In this document: piece by piece, positions 29,470-41,383 of the stretch
Layout: each line of letters opens with the position of its first letter
How positions within the stretch are numbered: position 1 is the stretch's first letter
Assembly (NCBI GenBank): GCA_000004695.1
Contig: CM000155.2
Location: 2,144,001 to 2,208,000, forward strand
Direction: 5' to 3'
DNA: 64,000 nucleotides
From: Dictyostelium discoideum
Lineage: Eukaryota
The notes under the pieces: model-generated
What the model was told of the DNA's origin: nothing
Seen by the model: the letters and a program-made list of their open reading frames with translations, nothing else
Database searches by the model: none
Translations under genes and position numbers: made by a program

Positions 29470-30426
29470 TTAGTTTTGTAAATATGGTAAAGTAAAGTTT
29501 GTAAAGTATGGTTTGCAATAATCTTCAATTGGGTGATCACGATGAGTGCAAGTTGTGGTATAGAAGAAAAGACGATTTGATTCATCAAGAGTTCTTAAAC
29601 CTAACCAATCTTCAGAGTATTGTGTTTGTTGTTGTAATGGAACAACTTCTGTACCACTACCATCAGCATAAAAACTGAACCAACCAGATTCTTTTGGAAT
29701 GATGGTTTTATCATTTGTACTATAAGTGAGAACCATAGCATTTAATTTTGTGAGATTTTCTTTATAAGTTGTATTTTTAACTTGATATTCATTATTAATA
29801 TCTGCTAAAAAGATTGATCTTTCAAGATATTTATCAATTCTATGTGGACTATATATACATAAATATATAAATAATTATTTTTTAATTAGTATTGGTAGTT
29901 TTTTTTTTTTTTTTTTTTAAAAATTATTTAAATACTCTTTCCAATATTCAGCAACTGAAAGTTTCTTTTGAATAGTTTTTTCATATGGAATTGTACCAAG
30001 TACCTTATCAACCCATGGAATATTAACAAATGGAGTACCGAATTGACCACCTTGTGGACCATTCCAACTAATATAATTGTATACTTGTGGATTATTATAA
30101 CGTTGAACGAATGCACGAGCAATTAAAGTACCTTGGCTGAAACCAATTAAATTGAAACCATTTGCTAATTTTGGATCGGCTTGGACAACTTGAGCAAATT
30201 CTTCAATTTGTGAATCCATAGTAGTGAAAATTGAATCAAATGCACCATTTCCAATTTCAACATTTAAAACATAAATATCTGGAATAGATTCTTCAATCCA
30301 AGATTTTAATGGTTCCATTGATTCTTTACCAGTTGTAACACCGTGCATTAATACAACTGGTCTGGTGGCACTAACAAGTGCAATTGCTAAAGCAATTAAT
30401 AAAATTAAACTTGATAAAATTCTCAT
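29470..30426 (-). CDS. Palmitoyl-protein thioesterase (PPT1 family, alpha/beta hydrolase). Two exons, complement(29470..29848, 29936..30426).
   Basis: Signal peptide MRILSSLILLIALAIALVSA. Text shows the conserved VLMHG and GFSQG lipase motif (NLIGFSQGTLIARAF). Donor AAA GA|GTATTT (29935..) and acceptor tatatag (29850..29849), phase 2, give ...AEYWKD-PHRIDKYLERSIFLADINNEY, matching PPT1 AEYWHDP...SIFLADIN. The C-terminal exon contains track ORF 29470..29736. Confidence 0.85.
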
Positions 30427-30517
30427 CCTCTATCTCTCCTATCTCTTGCTAACTCCTCGTAAATAAATACAACAAGATATTAGTAGTACAAAAAGTGATG
30501 GGTTATATATTCGAAAA

Positions 30518-30548
<31 letters not shown>

Positions 30549-30714
30549 GAAAAGGAAAATTTTTGATCAAATTTTTTTTTTTTAAAATTTTATTTTTTTT
30601 TTATTTTTATTTTTTAAAAAGTTTGATAAAATTTTGTGACTGTTCGAAAATTTTTTTAGTGTGGTTTTTTTTTTTTTTTTTTTTGGTGGGTTTTGTTATG
30701 ATTGAAAAAAAAAA

Positions 30715-30730
30715 AGTGCAAATTTGCACT
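30715..30730. promoter_or_regulatory. Perfect 16-bp palindrome AGTGCAAATTTGCACT just upstream (minus-strand sense) of the palmitoyl-protein thioesterase gene start. Candidate regulatory site.
   Basis: It is directly visible, self-complementary and flanked by poly(A)/poly(T). It lies about 290 bp from the PPT ATG (30426). Confidence 0.2.
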
Positions 30731-30779
30731 GGTTTTTTAAAATTTACCTCCTCATAGGCTCTTTTTTGAAAAAATTTGC

Positions 30780-30823
30780 AAAGTATTTTGTATTCCAGAA
30801 TCAGTGCTCACTAATCTAGTTTG

Positions 30824-30867
<44 letters not shown>

Positions 30868-32040
30868 CCAACTACTATTAAAATACTCAATTATATAATT
30901 TCCAAAACAATAGTATTAATAATAGAAATAACATCATTTTATAAATTAAAATTCTGTTTTAGGTAAATCAAAATAATAATTGTAAAACTCACACAGCATA
31001 AATTAACCTATTAATTATAGTTTACTTTTCTTAAAAGGATAAACCAACAGTGTATTTATAATCCAAATACAGATGTTATGAATTATTAATGTCATTATGT
31101 TTCTATGCCCAAGTTCTTGGTGTGTCATAATTTACTCAATAAAATTTTAAAATCAAAATTCTGAATTAGATAATCTAAACTAAAATAATTTCTTTATTTA
31201 ATACAAACCAAATTAATAATTTTATTTTAAAAAATTAAAAATTCATAAATAAACCTATTTTTAATTCCTTTAACGGAAAAACATTGGTTAATAAAATTAA
31301 AATAAAAAACCTTTGAGGATACCTATCTAGGTTTTGAATACTCTTTTTGAGTTTGGAGTTGTCCTAAAAACTCCTATTTGATCGGGTAGTTTTTGATGAA
31401 TCGTACCAATTCCTCTTCCATATGAACCTGTGATGTTTGAGCTTTTGCTACCTCTGTAAAGCTCATTATGTTGTTTCCTTTTGAATATTCATAATCGGAA
31501 AATTGGATCTATAAAGGGTGTCATGACCAATTGGTGATGAATATCAAAAGAAATAATCGAATTGACAGAGATTGTATGAAAGAATGGAATGCTTTTGGTA
31601 TATTTCTTTTATTCTTGACACTTTGGATAAGTAAACTGGGTTTACAAATTCCTTCATTCCCTCAATTTAAAAATCCTTCATTTTCAAATGCATACAAATT
31701 AATGTGTGGTACGTGTGAGTTTTTGGATTTAGGATCTGTGGATAGAAAAAGGTACTAATAGAAATATCTTGATAAGATTGATCAAATGAGATAAAAATTG
31801 ATGGAGTTCGAACTAGAAAATATAAAAACAAAAAATTCAAAAAATTTTCAATATATCCAATCAATTTCTATAAAACAAATAATTAAATTATGAAATTAAC
31901 TTGAAAAGTATATTGTATTCCAAAATCATTGCTTCCAAACATAGTCTCCATTGACCAATCCATCTAATTAATCATAATTTTATCAATCAAACATTTTGTG
32001 CATGGCCACCATCAAACGAACGGTTTCGGGTAAAAAAATT
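30780..32040. mobile_element. Compositionally distinct ~1.2-kb block immediately upstream of the tRNA-Tyr gene. Possible remnant of a tRNA-gene-targeted retroelement (TRE5-like), tentative.
   Basis: Unlike the flanking intergenic DNA, this block has few homopolymer runs and near-balanced complexity. It ends in gggtaaaaaaa about 15 bp before the tRNA. No long ORF is present (only 75- and 65-aa fragments). Amoebozoan TRE elements are known to insert close to tRNA genes. No sequence identity could be checked. Confidence 0.2.
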
Positions 32041-32054
32041 TTAATTTCATCAAA

Positions 32055-32137
32055 CCGGCTTTGGCGCAATGGTAGCGCGATTGACTGTAGTTATAATAGT
32101 GATCAATCGGTTGCTAGTTCGAATCTGGCAAGCCGGA
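32055..32137 (+). tRNA. tRNA-Tyr (anticodon GTA) with an 11-nt intron after position 37.
   Basis: Acceptor stem CCGGCTT pairs with AAGCCGG. The D-arm is GCGC-AATGGTA-GCGC. The anticodon stem/loop is ATTGA-CTGTAG-[intron TTATAATAGTG]-A-TCAAT. The T-arm is GCTAG-TTCGAAT-CTGGC. The discriminator is A. It is followed by cttttt, a Pol III terminator. Eukaryotic tRNA-Tyr genes characteristically contain introns. Confidence 0.9.
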
Positions 32138-32471
32138 CTTTTTATATGGACACCAAATCGGCGCATGTTCGATTCCATAATCAAACAGCTTAACAAGTTT
32201 TTATAATATTAATTTCTTTCTTTTTGAAATTTACTAAAAACCTCATGAATAAATAAGCGACATACATTAACAAATTAAGTTTCATCACTAATAATAATAT
32301 CACTGATAAAAAAAAAAAAAAAAAAAATAATAATAATTAAAAAACAAAAAAAAAAATTCTGGTGGTAATAATCGAAATAAATAGAGTCCAAGGTTTTACA
32401 ATAATTTATTTTATAAAAACAAATAATCCTATATGAATGTTTTTAAAAAACTGATTAATTAATCATTTTTA

Positions 32472-32681
32472 TTAATGGTTTGGACATCCCACTGCACATT
32501 TTTCATTGATATTTTTGCAATTTAATTTGTCTGATTGACTGTGTCCAATGGCCCAAAATTTAAAATAATCTGGATTAGCATTAGCACACTTGGCGATACA
32601 GCCAATTTTATCTCCATTTACTGCATTCAAATTTGATAGTAATGAGAATATCACTAAAATAGTTACTAAAATTTTTAACAT
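32472..32681 (-). CDS. Small secreted Cys-rich peptide (69 aa, signal peptide plus 6 Cys).
   Basis: ATG ORF MLKILVTILVIFSLLSNLNA|VNGDKIGCIAKCANANPDYFKFWAIGHSQSDKLNCKNINEKCAVGCPNH. It has a hydrophobic signal sequence and a mature part with a regular Cys spacing. No homolog was recognised. Confidence 0.45.
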   Translation of the reverse strand: MLKILVTILVIFSLLSNLNAVNGDKIGCIAKCANANPDYFKFWAIGHSQSDKLNCKNINEKCAVGCPNH

Positions 32682-32820
32682 TATTATTTTTATTTTTTAT
32701 CTTTTTTTAAAAAACCATTAATATATAAATATATTTTAAAGTTTTTCAGATATTTATTTTTTACCTTTTGAAAATTTATTCCTATTATTTAATAATAAAA
32801 TATAAAATAAAAAAAAAACT

Positions 32821-32872
32821 TTGAATTGCAAAAATATTAATGAAAAATGTGCAGTGGGATGTCCAAACCATT
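32821..32872 (+). repeat. Inverted duplicate (~50 bp, one mismatch) of the 3' coding end of the Cys-rich peptide gene (partner at about 32478..32530).
   Basis: Plus-strand ttgaattgcaaaaatattaatgaaaaatgtgcagtgggatgtccaaaccat at 32821.. is the reverse complement of 32478..32530 (atcaatg versus attaatg). It encodes the same NCKNINEKCAVGCPNH on the opposite strand. Confidence 0.8.
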
Positions 32873-32907
32873 TTTACAAAATATTAATGAAAAATTCTAA
32901 AAGCCAT

Positions 32908-32941
<34 letters not shown>

Positions 32942-32998
32942 CTTTTTTGATTATATATTTTTTTTTTTTTTTTTTCTAAACAATTTTAATTTTATTAT

Positions 32999-34975
32999 TT
33001 ATTTTTTATTTGTTGATTTTTTAATTGAATAAAAAATAAAACTTAAATCAAATGACCATTTTTTAGTTAATGAATTTCTATCATTTGGACCGAAATGACC
33101 AGAATCATCATCAATACCTAATAAAATGAGTGGAGAATTATTATTATTATTATTATTATCATCTCCATGTGTTAAAGATTTTAATTTATTTCTTAATTTA
33201 GCAACCCATTTTAATGGTTGCCAAAATGGTACACGATAATCACTAGTTGAACATGTAATATAAAGATTTGGTAAAGATTTTAATGATGATTGAATATTTG
33301 GATCATCTAAAAGAATGTATGGATCGTATTGTTTGATATAGTTGAAAACTTGTTTATCCAAATTTGGATTACCCCATTCACCATATTCATGAATTGTCAA
33401 AGGCAATGATTCATCTAACATTGAGGTTAAAACATCGGCAAATGGAACTTGAGAGATAATTCCACTGAAATAATGAGGATAGGTCAAGGCAACATTACAC
33501 ATTAACAATCCACCAGCACTTGAACCTCTACCAATTAAATAATTTGGACTTGTGTATTTATTTTCAAATAAATATTCAACGCAATCGATATAGTCAGAGA
33601 AAGTATTCTTCTTATTCAAAAGTTTACCATCATTATACCAAGTTCTGCCCAACTCACTACCACCTCTAACATGTGCCCTTGCAACAATAAAACCAGCATT
33701 CATCAAAAGCAAATCCTCAACATTATACAATAGAGAATAGACAGTGCCATAGGAGCCGTATCCGTGAAGTACACATGGTGTTTTGCCATCGAATCTGACT
33801 GCTTTTTTATTGTAACAAATTGATAATGGTATTTTAATTGACGGATCTGATTTTGAAGGTACCCAAAGTATGTCAGTTTCAAAAGCGTCTGGATTTATAG
33901 TTAGAGGACCTCTTTCAATTGATTCACCCAGTATAGTAATCGTTCCATCCTTTAGGGAAATCTTTGTACGAATTACATTTTGAGTTGGTGTACAATATGA
34001 TAAAAAGAAATGCTCATTATTTTCATAGCCCCCATTAACACCCATTGACAATTCAATGATTTTATGTGGAAATGTTATAATCTTTTCTAAAGATTTATCA
34101 AATCGATTTGTTTCTGCATTTTTAGAAATTATACGAATTCTTGGTTGAAACTTGTGTAAATCATTCAATACTAAATAATCTTTATACATATCAACATCTT
34201 TTATCATTGATTGAGCCTCTGAAGGTATAAATAATTCTAAATCATGAAATTTACCATTTTCAATTGTATCCTTAACTTTATAAATATTTAAATCACCCTT
34301 ATTTGCATTTGCAAATATATAAAATTCATCACCATTATGTTCTGCATAATATTCTAAATTATCAACTCTTGATAACATAATCTTATACGATTTCGATGTT
34401 ATTGGTTCACTTGGATTATCATGTAATTTATTATAATAAATTAAAGTTGATATTTTACAATTTGATAAATAAAATATATATTCACCATCTTTTGGAACAT
34501 AAATATCTAAATAATAAGCTGGATTTTCTTCATATATCATTAATTCAGATTGATTAACTTCTTCTTCATTTAATTTAATATTATTTTTAATTGATTTTTT
34601 AAATATCTAAAATAATAATAATAATAAATTACAATTAATTACCTTTTTTTTTTAAACTTATTTATTTAAATTTATAAATTACTACATACTTTATGAGAAC
34701 GATGAAAAACAAGGTCATGTTCAACATAAAACAAATCGTTATTTTTACCCCATTCAATTGAACTACAATTTTTAATTACATCTACAACTGGTGCACCTGG
34801 AATTGATATTTTTTTAATTATACAAACTTTATTTTCACTACTATCAACTTCTGTAACAAATGAAAAAAATGAATTATCCCTTGAAAATCTAAAAACAATT
34901 ATATCTCTTAAATTTATTTCATATCCTGCTATTTTTTCACCATCTGATAATAATAACTTTTTTTATTTATTAGTC

Positions 34976-35067
<92 letters not shown>

Positions 35068-35826
35068 ATATATAGTTGTTTTTACTAAAAATAAACATAC
35101 TTGAGTATAACCATCTGAAACTCTTTGACGGAATAAATTTTTATTTTTTATAATCATTTTATAACCATTTATGATTTCATCTTCATCTGGATGATCAATA
35201 AATACTCTTTTAAAAACTGATCTTAATTTTCTTGATAATGGACTTATATAAGATTTTGTAAATTTATCTTTATATTTATTTTCATTTTCAATATATTTTA
35301 ATACTTTTGGATCTTCAATATTTCTTAACCAATTATATGGATCATTTAAAGTTGTACCATGAATTTCTAATGAATATGGTTTTTGATCTGCAATTGGTGG
35401 TGGTAATGATTTTTTAGGTATTGATACTTTTTCTAAATAATAATTTAAATTACCTTTATTCAATCCAAAATCAAAATCAATTTTTTTTTTATCTTCAAAA
35501 TTTTCAACTTTATCAAGTATCTTTTCTTTTAAATCTGAAAGTAAATTAACAATACTAGAACTATATTTTCTTTTTAATAATGAATTTAATATTATTATAT
35601 TATTATTATTATCATTATTAATTTTATTGATATTATTATTACTATTGAATAAAAGAGATGATGATAAATTTTTTAAAGATATATTATTATTATTGTTATT
35701 ATTATTTTTATAATAATTAATTTTTTGTGTGAAATTTATTTTTTTTGATGTGTATGAATTTAACAAATTGTATTGATTAATCACACCCAAAGTTGATGAT
35801 AAAGGTTGAACTCTGAAAGATTTCAT
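32999..35826 (-). CDS. Oligopeptidase B / protease II-like serine peptidase (family S9A). Three exons, complement(32999..34606, 34690..34956, 35101..35826).
   Basis: Exon 1 (ATG 35826) ...PYSLEIHGTTLNDPYNWLRNIEDPKVLKYIENEN matches the S9A N-terminus. Donors are CAA|GTATGT (35100) and AAA|GTATGT (34689). Acceptors are aaaaag (34958..34957) and ttttag (34608..34607). All are phase 0 and frame-checked to ORF 32999..34540. The catalytic region is GGSELGRTWYNDGKLLNKKNTF...GRGSSAGGLLM (GxSxGG nucleophile), with ...DDDSGHFG later. Intron 1 contains a long (ATT)n run. Confidence 0.85.
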
Positions 35827-36286
35827 ACTGAATGTATATATTTTAAAAACACCCCAAAGATTTAATTATTCACACTAAATCACCCACCCACACAAAAAAA
35901 CAGTGAATTTTAAATAAATTTATTTTTAGGTCAGATTTAATTCAATTGGGGAAGGGTGGTGCACTGTGCTATGTAAATAAGAATTTCTTTCAAAATGAAA
36001 AAAAAATAAAAAAAAATAAAAAAATAAAAATAAAATAAAATTAAAAAAAATGAAAAAAATAGAAAAAAAAATAAAAAATGATTGAGATATGTTCTTATTA
36101 TTTTGTGAATTGATATTTATGGTGCAACCACACTATCATCTAGTTTTTATACCTTTATTTCCGATATGGAAATTTATTAATTGGAATCTTTTTTTTATTT
36201 TTTTTTTATTTTTTTTTTTTTTTTGAAAATGAAAAAATATTTAATAATAGACTATCAAAAAAAAAGATTCTTTGATTCTTTAAGTT

Positions 36287-36302
36287 GTGTGGTTAACCAC
36301 AC
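36287..36302. promoter_or_regulatory. Perfect 16-bp palindrome GTGTGGTTAACCACAC in the divergent intergenic region between the S9 peptidase and Rac genes. Candidate regulatory site.
   Basis: It is directly visible. A related AACCACAC motif recurs at about 36131. The region 35880..37550 is non-coding promoter DNA shared by two divergently transcribed genes. Confidence 0.25.
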
Positions 36303-36517
36303 TTAATTTGATAATTGTAGTAAAAATAAAAAAAATAAAAAATTAAACAAAAATAATAATTAAAAATAAATTAACAATGTGATAATTTTTGTATTTTTTC
36401 AAACCAAAACCACCACCTATAACCCACTACCACTACTATTATTAACACCATATTTCTATTTGTATTAAATCAAATTAAACCACAATTTTCACCCCACCCC
36501 CATTAACAAAAACACTA

Positions 36518-36569
<52 letters not shown>

Positions 36570-37332
36570 AAAAAGAAAAGAAAAATTAAAATAAAATAAT
36601 AATAATATTATTTTAATAAATACCAATATATTTATACAATAAATAAACTGGGTCACATTTTCATTAAGAATATAATTTTATTTTTAAATAATTTTTTTTT
36701 TAATCAAAACATACGAATAATTTTTTTATTTTTTTTTATTTTAATTTTTTTAATTTTTATATTTAATTATTTATTTAATTATTTTTTTTATTTATATATT
36801 TAAATTTATTCCTTCACACATTTTGATTGTTATCATGAAATTTAAAACATCACCATAAATAAAAATAAGACACCCCCCAAAAAATTACATATACAACACA
36901 TAATATTGTTTTTTTTTTTTTTTTTTATATTGTATAAAAATTAAATAAACCAAACACATATATATTTTTATTAATAATAATATTATTATTTAATATTAGT
37001 TTATTATTTTTTTTATTTTTTTTATTGTATTTTTTATTGTATTTTTTTTTTAATTTAATTATTAATAATACTAATTATTATTTGTCATTATTATTATTAT
37101 TTATTTATTTTTTTTTTTTTTATTGTATTATTTTTAATTCAAAAAAAAGGAATCTCCCACTTTCCAAATATAATTTTTCATACATTTTTAAAAAGTTTTT
37201 AATTAAAAAAACACTAAAAATCAAACATTATAAATATCATCATAACCAATCAGTAATATTTTCTTTATTTCAATTTTTTTACCTTTAATTTCAATTTTTT
37301 TACCTTTAATTATTATTTAATTATTATTATAT

Positions 37333-37370
<38 letters not shown>

Positions 37371-37554
37371 TTTAAAATATAGAGTATAACAATAAATAAT
37401 AAAATAAAAACAACACCATTGTTTTTTATAGCTTTTTTGTATTTTCATGAAAAATAAAAAATTTTAAAAAAAGTAATTTAGATTTGAAAATAAATTCACA
37501 AAAAATAAAATAATAAAACCATTCTACTAATGAAATAAATATTTTCTAAAAAAA

Positions 37555-38295
37555 ATGCAATATATAAAAAGTAAGTAAAATTTTATTTTACCAAATATTT
37601 TAAGTTTATTTTAAAAAAATAAAATAAAAATAAAATTAAAAAATAAAATAATAATAATAATAATTATTTTTATAATTTTTTTTTTTTTTTTTTTTACAAT
37701 TTAATTATTATTATTTATAGTGGTAATTTGTGGTGATGGAGCAGTTGGTAAAACAAGTTTATTAATTGCATTTGCATCAGGTGAATTTCCTAGAGATTAT
37801 CAACCAACAGTATTTGATAATTTTAGTACATTATATATGTTTCAAAATAAAGCCTATAATTTAGGATTATTTGATACAGCTGGTCAAGAAGATTTTGATA
37901 GATTAAGACCATTAGGATATAACGATACTGATTTATTTTTAATATGTTATTCTGTAATAAATCCACCATCATATGCTAATGTTTATGATAAATGGTATTC
38001 CGAGATTAAATTATATACCGGATCTGAAATTCCATTGATACTAGTTGGAACACAAAATGATTTGAGGCATGATAAAGCAACTCGTGAAACTTTAGCATTG
38101 AAACAACAAGCTCCAATCTCATATGAAGAAGGTATGATGATGAGAAAAAGAATTGGTGCTAAAGCTTTCACTGAATGTAGTGTTGTAAGTGGTAAAAATG
38201 TTAAACAAGTTTTTGAAGAAGCAATTAAAGTTTATCAAGATAGACAAATTGAAATTTCAAAATCAAAAGAAAAAAACAATTGTATAATCTTATAA
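37555..38295 (+). CDS. Rho-family small GTPase (Rac-like). Two exons, 37555..37570 and 37721..38295.
   Basis: A 16-nt first exon ATGCAATATATAAAAA has donor GTAAGT at 37571. Acceptor tatag (37719..37720), phase 1, gives MQYIKMVICGDGAVGKTSLLIAF... Text shows the DTAGQEDFDRLRPL, LVGTQNDLR and ECSVVSGK motifs and a CAAX box CIIL. The track ORF start at 37720 is a GTG that spans the acceptor. Confidence 0.85.
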
Positions 38296-38854
38296 GTTAA
38301 AAAAAAATAAAAAATAAAAAATAAAAAACAATAAAAAAATAAAATAAAAAAAAAAATAAAAAAAAATAAAAATAATATACAAAAATAAAATTATCAAATC
38401 GATCTAATATTTTAAAAATTAAAAATAAAAATATCCAAAAATAAAACAATTGTCAAATTTGACACTTTTAAAAAAAAAAAAATTTTATTTAACTATGATT
38501 TAATTCAGTATTAAAAAATAGAGCACTCAAAAATTCACAAAATGTAATATAAAATATAAAAAAATGAATTATTTAATTAACAAAAAAACATATAAAATTT
38601 ATTCCCAACTCGTTATTCTTCAAAATAAAAAAACAATTACAAAAAATGGGATGGTAAATAATTAAATTCTAAAAATAAAATTATTGATTAGAAAAAAAAA
38701 AAAATAAAAAAAAGAAAATAATTAAAAATAAAAAAGTACACGAAAATATTACGAACATTTTCACATTAAAAAAAAAAAAATAAAAAAATAAAAAAAAACA
38801 TTTTTAGAAAATTTTCACATATCTCATACCACCCATTAAACAGACAAACAAAAT

Positions 38855-38882
<28 letters not shown>

Positions 38883-38886
<4 letters not shown>

Positions 38887-39707
38887 AAAGATTTATTTCA
38901 AATGTTTCAAAACAAATTTTAATTAAAAATCCAATTATTAAAAATAATAATAATTGTAAAATAATTAATAGTTTTTCAAACATATACAAACAACAACCAC
39001 TACAAAAACCAATTAGTTCATTATTTAATAATAATTTTAAAAATTATAATCAAAGATTTTATTGTGAAAAACAACAACAACCAAATAATTCAGAATCAGT
39101 TACAAATGCAGAGATTGATCATCATGGTGAAGATACAGAAAATGAATTTAAACCAGTAGTTGTTGATGGTGTTAGAATCGAACCAAAATATTATATCGAA
39201 TTTACATGTACATACGTTGATCCAAAATTAAAAACTGAATGTGGTTTCGTTTCAAAGAAAACTTTTTCAAAACATTCTTATCATAAAGGTGTAGTTTTAA
39301 TTAGATGTGATGGTTGTAAAAAGATTCGTAAGTATTTAAAACAGTTAAGAGAAACTATATATATATATATTTCCTTTTTTTTATTTTATTTTATTTTTTA
39401 TCTTAATAAAGTAATAAAAAAATAAATAAAAAAAAATAAAAAAAAGTCATATCTTTATTAATAATTATTATAATAATTAAAATCTAAATAAATACAAAAA
39501 AAAAAATAAAAAAAAAAAGATACAATTGCTGATAATTTAGGTTGGACAGGTTATGAAAATGCCAAAAATATTGAAGAAATTATGGCAGAAAAAGGTGAAA
39601 CAGTTAGAAGATATTTACTTAAACAAGATGAAATTGAAGATGAAAAGAAATCTGATGAGCCAGTTTTAATTGGTAGTTCAAATAAAAATGAAGAACCTAA
39701 AAAATAA
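38883..39707 (+). CDS. DNL-type zinc-finger protein (Tim15/Zim17/Hep1/DNLZ family, mitochondrial Hsp70 escort). Two exons, 38883..39327 and 39520..39707.
   Basis: IEFTCTYVDPKLKTECGFVSKKTFSKHSYHKGVVLIRCDGCKKI has donor ATT C|GTAAGT (39328). Acceptor aaag (39518..39519), phase 1, gives H-TIADNLGWTGYENAKNIEEIM..., the defining C-x-C...CxxC...HLIADNLGW motif. The N-terminal Asn-rich presequence-like region is plausibly a mitochondrial targeting sequence. Stop TAA is at 39705..39707. Confidence 0.75.
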
Positions 39708-39909
39708 AATTACAAATATATATAAATCCCTTTTTCATTTTTGTATAAATTTCGTGCAACACATAAATTATTATTTTTATTTTTATTTTTATTTTTTTTA
39801 TTATTATAATAATAATAATTAATAATAAAGGTAACCTATTTATTTTACTATAAACTAAAATCTTTTTTTTTTGTTTTAAATTTTATATTTTTTTATTTTT
39901 TGTTATTAT

Positions 39910-40044
39910 TTAAAAAGGTAATTCATTACCAGAATCCGCTTTTTGAAGTAATCTATTTACTAATGGATGATTTAATATATTTCCAATTATTGGTAATTTT
40001 CTAAGGATTGAAATAACAATTGGGAATGCGTCACTTTAAAGAAC

Positions 40045-40077
<33 letters not shown>

Positions 40078-40438
40078 TAGTATTTATAAATTTTTAAAAA
40101 AATGGATATGAAAATTAATAATAATAATAACAAAAATAATAACAAAAATAATAATAATAGTAATAAGATAATTACCCAAACAAATTTACAAAACCAAAGA
40201 TTTCAATGACCATTCCAACAAATGTCCATCTTGTTACTAATAATACAACGATACCAAAAAAGAATAAGATTGTTCCTTTTATTTTCTTCTTTTGGGCAAA
40301 AAACTTTGTAGTTTTTTGTAAACCTAAAATTAAAACTATACCAGATACCAATAAAAGGTTACCTAATGCTAATAAATTTCTATCTAAAAATAATAAAACT
40401 CCTAAAAATCCAAAAAATAATCCCATTGCTGAGAGCAT
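39910..40438 (-). CDS. got1: Got1/Golgi-transport-1 family vesicle-transport membrane protein. Two exons, complement(39910..40033, 40176..40438).
   Basis: Exon 1 is track ORF 40172..40438 (MLSAMGLFFGFLGVLLFLDRNLLALGNLLLVSGIVLILGL...). Donor GG|GTAATT is phase 2 and the acceptor is ctttaaag (40035..40034). Together they give G-DAFPIVISILRKLPIIGNILNHPLVNRLLQK..., matching the Got1 C-terminus (FRGFFPVVVGFIRRVPVLGSLLNLPGI). Confidence 0.8.
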
Positions 40439-41174
40439 AGCTCCAATTTCTATAATTTATTAATTTATTATTATTTTTTTATTTTGTATTTATTTAGTAC
40501 TAATTTATGGTAATAATAATTGGTGAACTTGAAAAAAAAAAAAAATAAAATAAAAACAAATATTATTTTAATAAAAAAAAAAAAAAATAAAAAAAAAAAG
40601 AAATTTATAATTACTTTGTTGATCGGTAAACATTTTAATTTATTATATGTTTTATTTTAAAGCACGCGAATATCTTATTTATAAATATATTTAATTTTAT
40701 TGGCCAAAAAGAAAAAAAAAAAAAAAAAAAATGAAAAAATGAAAACTAATAAGTGAATTATCGTGTTGCTGAATTTGTTTTTTTTTTTTTTTTTTTTTTT
40801 TTTTGTTTTTTTTTTTTTTTCTAAATTTTTATTTTTATTTTTTTTATGAAATTGAAAAATTGAAAATTTTTTAAAAAAAAGGGTGACCACCTAAGATTTC
40901 CCAAGCTCAAAAATAAACCACAATTTAAAATGGAAATCCAAAAACAGTCAAATCAATTGACTCAAATTATAATAATAAAAAAAAATAAAAAATTTTACAA
41001 TTAAATAAATTATAATATAAAAAAAAAAAAAAAAAAATTTTACAAATTGTTTAAATAAACTATAATAAAAAAAATAAAAAATTTTACACTTTGTTTATTG
41101 GGTTATTTTTAGTTTTTTTCTTTTTCTTTTTTAAGGATTTTTTTTGTTTGCTTTTTTTTTTCCAAGAAAAAAGA

Positions 41175-41341
41175 TTAACTTTCCTCCACATATGGTTTAT
41201 CCATGAGTTCAGAGCGAGACAATTGCTGTGAGGTTTTGGATGGAGAAATTGGTCTTTGATTATCATTATTATTATTATAGATAATATTTTTTGATATACC
41301 ATCGTTATTACTACTAAAATTTGATTGTAGTTGATAATTGC

Positions 41342-41383
<42 letters not shown>

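Noticed and set aside
31531-31864. 75-aa and 65-aa ORFs in the non-AT-rich block upstream of the tRNA
   Set aside because: They are short, have no recognisable domain, and are flanked by in-frame stops. They were treated as part of the putative retroelement remnant or non-coding DNA rather than as genes.
31996-32193. 65-aa ATG ORF
   Set aside because: It overlaps the tRNA-Tyr gene entirely. The tRNA assignment, with cloverleaf, intron and Pol III terminator, is far better supported.
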